Source: Gammaproteobacteria bacterium
GTDB taxonomy: Bacteria > Bacteroidota > Bacteroidia > Flavobacteriales_D > JABDKJ01
Direction: 5' to 3'
DNA: 64,000 nt
NCBI GenBank assembly: GCA_047638815.1
Contig: JBLIMR010000003.1
Span: 16,988-80,987 of the forward strand
The translations under genes were made by a program, and so were the position numbers. Shown piece after piece: positions 63,577 through 64,000 of this stretch. The notes under the pieces were generated by a model, which worked only from the letters and a program-made list of their open reading frames with translations, was not told the DNA's origin and made no database searches. Within the stretch, counting starts at the first letter, position 1. Every line of letters begins with the position of its first letter.

Positions 63577-64000
63577 ATGCGAAAAAGCACTATTGAAGTA
63601 AAAAATATCACGAAGTTATATGGTAGTCAACGTGCCCTTAGTGATGTCAGCTTTTCCATCAGCAATGGAGAAATAGTTGGTTTTCTTGGCCCAAACGGAG
63701 CGGGAAAGTCAACCATGATGAAAATACTAACCACTTACATCAAACCTACTTATGGTGATGCGTTCGTATCCGGCCATAATGTGCTTGAGGATGAACAATC
63801 CATTAAAAAAATCGTAGGCTACCTTCCGGAGCACAACCCATTGTATGTTGACATGTATGTGAAGGAGTACTTGGGATTTGTTGCAGGTCTATACAAGCTT
63901 CCTAAGAAAACTGAACGTGTAAAAGAAATGATCGATATGGTCGGCTTAGAAGTTGAACAACACAAAAAGATTGGCGCCTTATCCAAAGGGTATCGTCAAC
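63577..64000 (+). CDS. gldA: Gliding-motility ABC transporter ATP-binding subunit (3' end runs off the window)
   Basis: Not in the ORF track. Translates as MRKSTIEVKNITKLYGSQRAL...GFLGPNGAGKSTMMKILTTY...GYLPEHNPLY...LSKGYRQ. Confidence 0.82.
   Translation, partial: MRKSTIEVKNITKLYGSQRALSDVSFSISNGEIVGFLGPNGAGKSTMMKILTTYIKPTYGDAFVSGHNVLEDEQSIKKIVGYLPEHNPLYVDMYVKEYLGFVAGLYKLPKKTERVKEMIDMVGLEVEQHKKIGALSKGYRQ

Overview
AT-rich bacterial chromosome segment, standard genetic code, from a Bacteroidota/Flavobacteriales-type organism (T9SS cargo proteins, PorP/SprF, gldA, TAnnTTTG promoters, separate atpDC, mevalonate pathway). Most of it is core genome: apt, pyrF, prfA, purM, guaA, rsmG, rpmH, acs, der, recQ, tpx, trxB, metF/metH under a SAM-I riboswitch, atpD/atpC, dtd, rsgA and gldA. 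It also has mevalonate genes in two clusters, an alpha-2-macroglobulin and a TonB receptor/DUF4249 pair. The best candidate for an undescribed system is a four-gene cassette at 23482-28795 (minus strand): PorP/SprF barrel, a type-B T9SS cargo built from five ~134-aa Cys-bounded repeats I do not recognise, an ECF sigma factor, and a membrane-anchored anti-sigma-like protein that ends in a type-B T9SS CTD-like domain. The bipartite motif AGGGGTTAC-N15-TTGTAT precedes both the first and second genes and is a likely ECF promoter. Four accessory genes are broken by in-frame stops, frameshifts or an internal deletion. I found no rRNA, tRNA, CRISPR array, integrase or transposase. All family calls come from motif recognition, not database searches.
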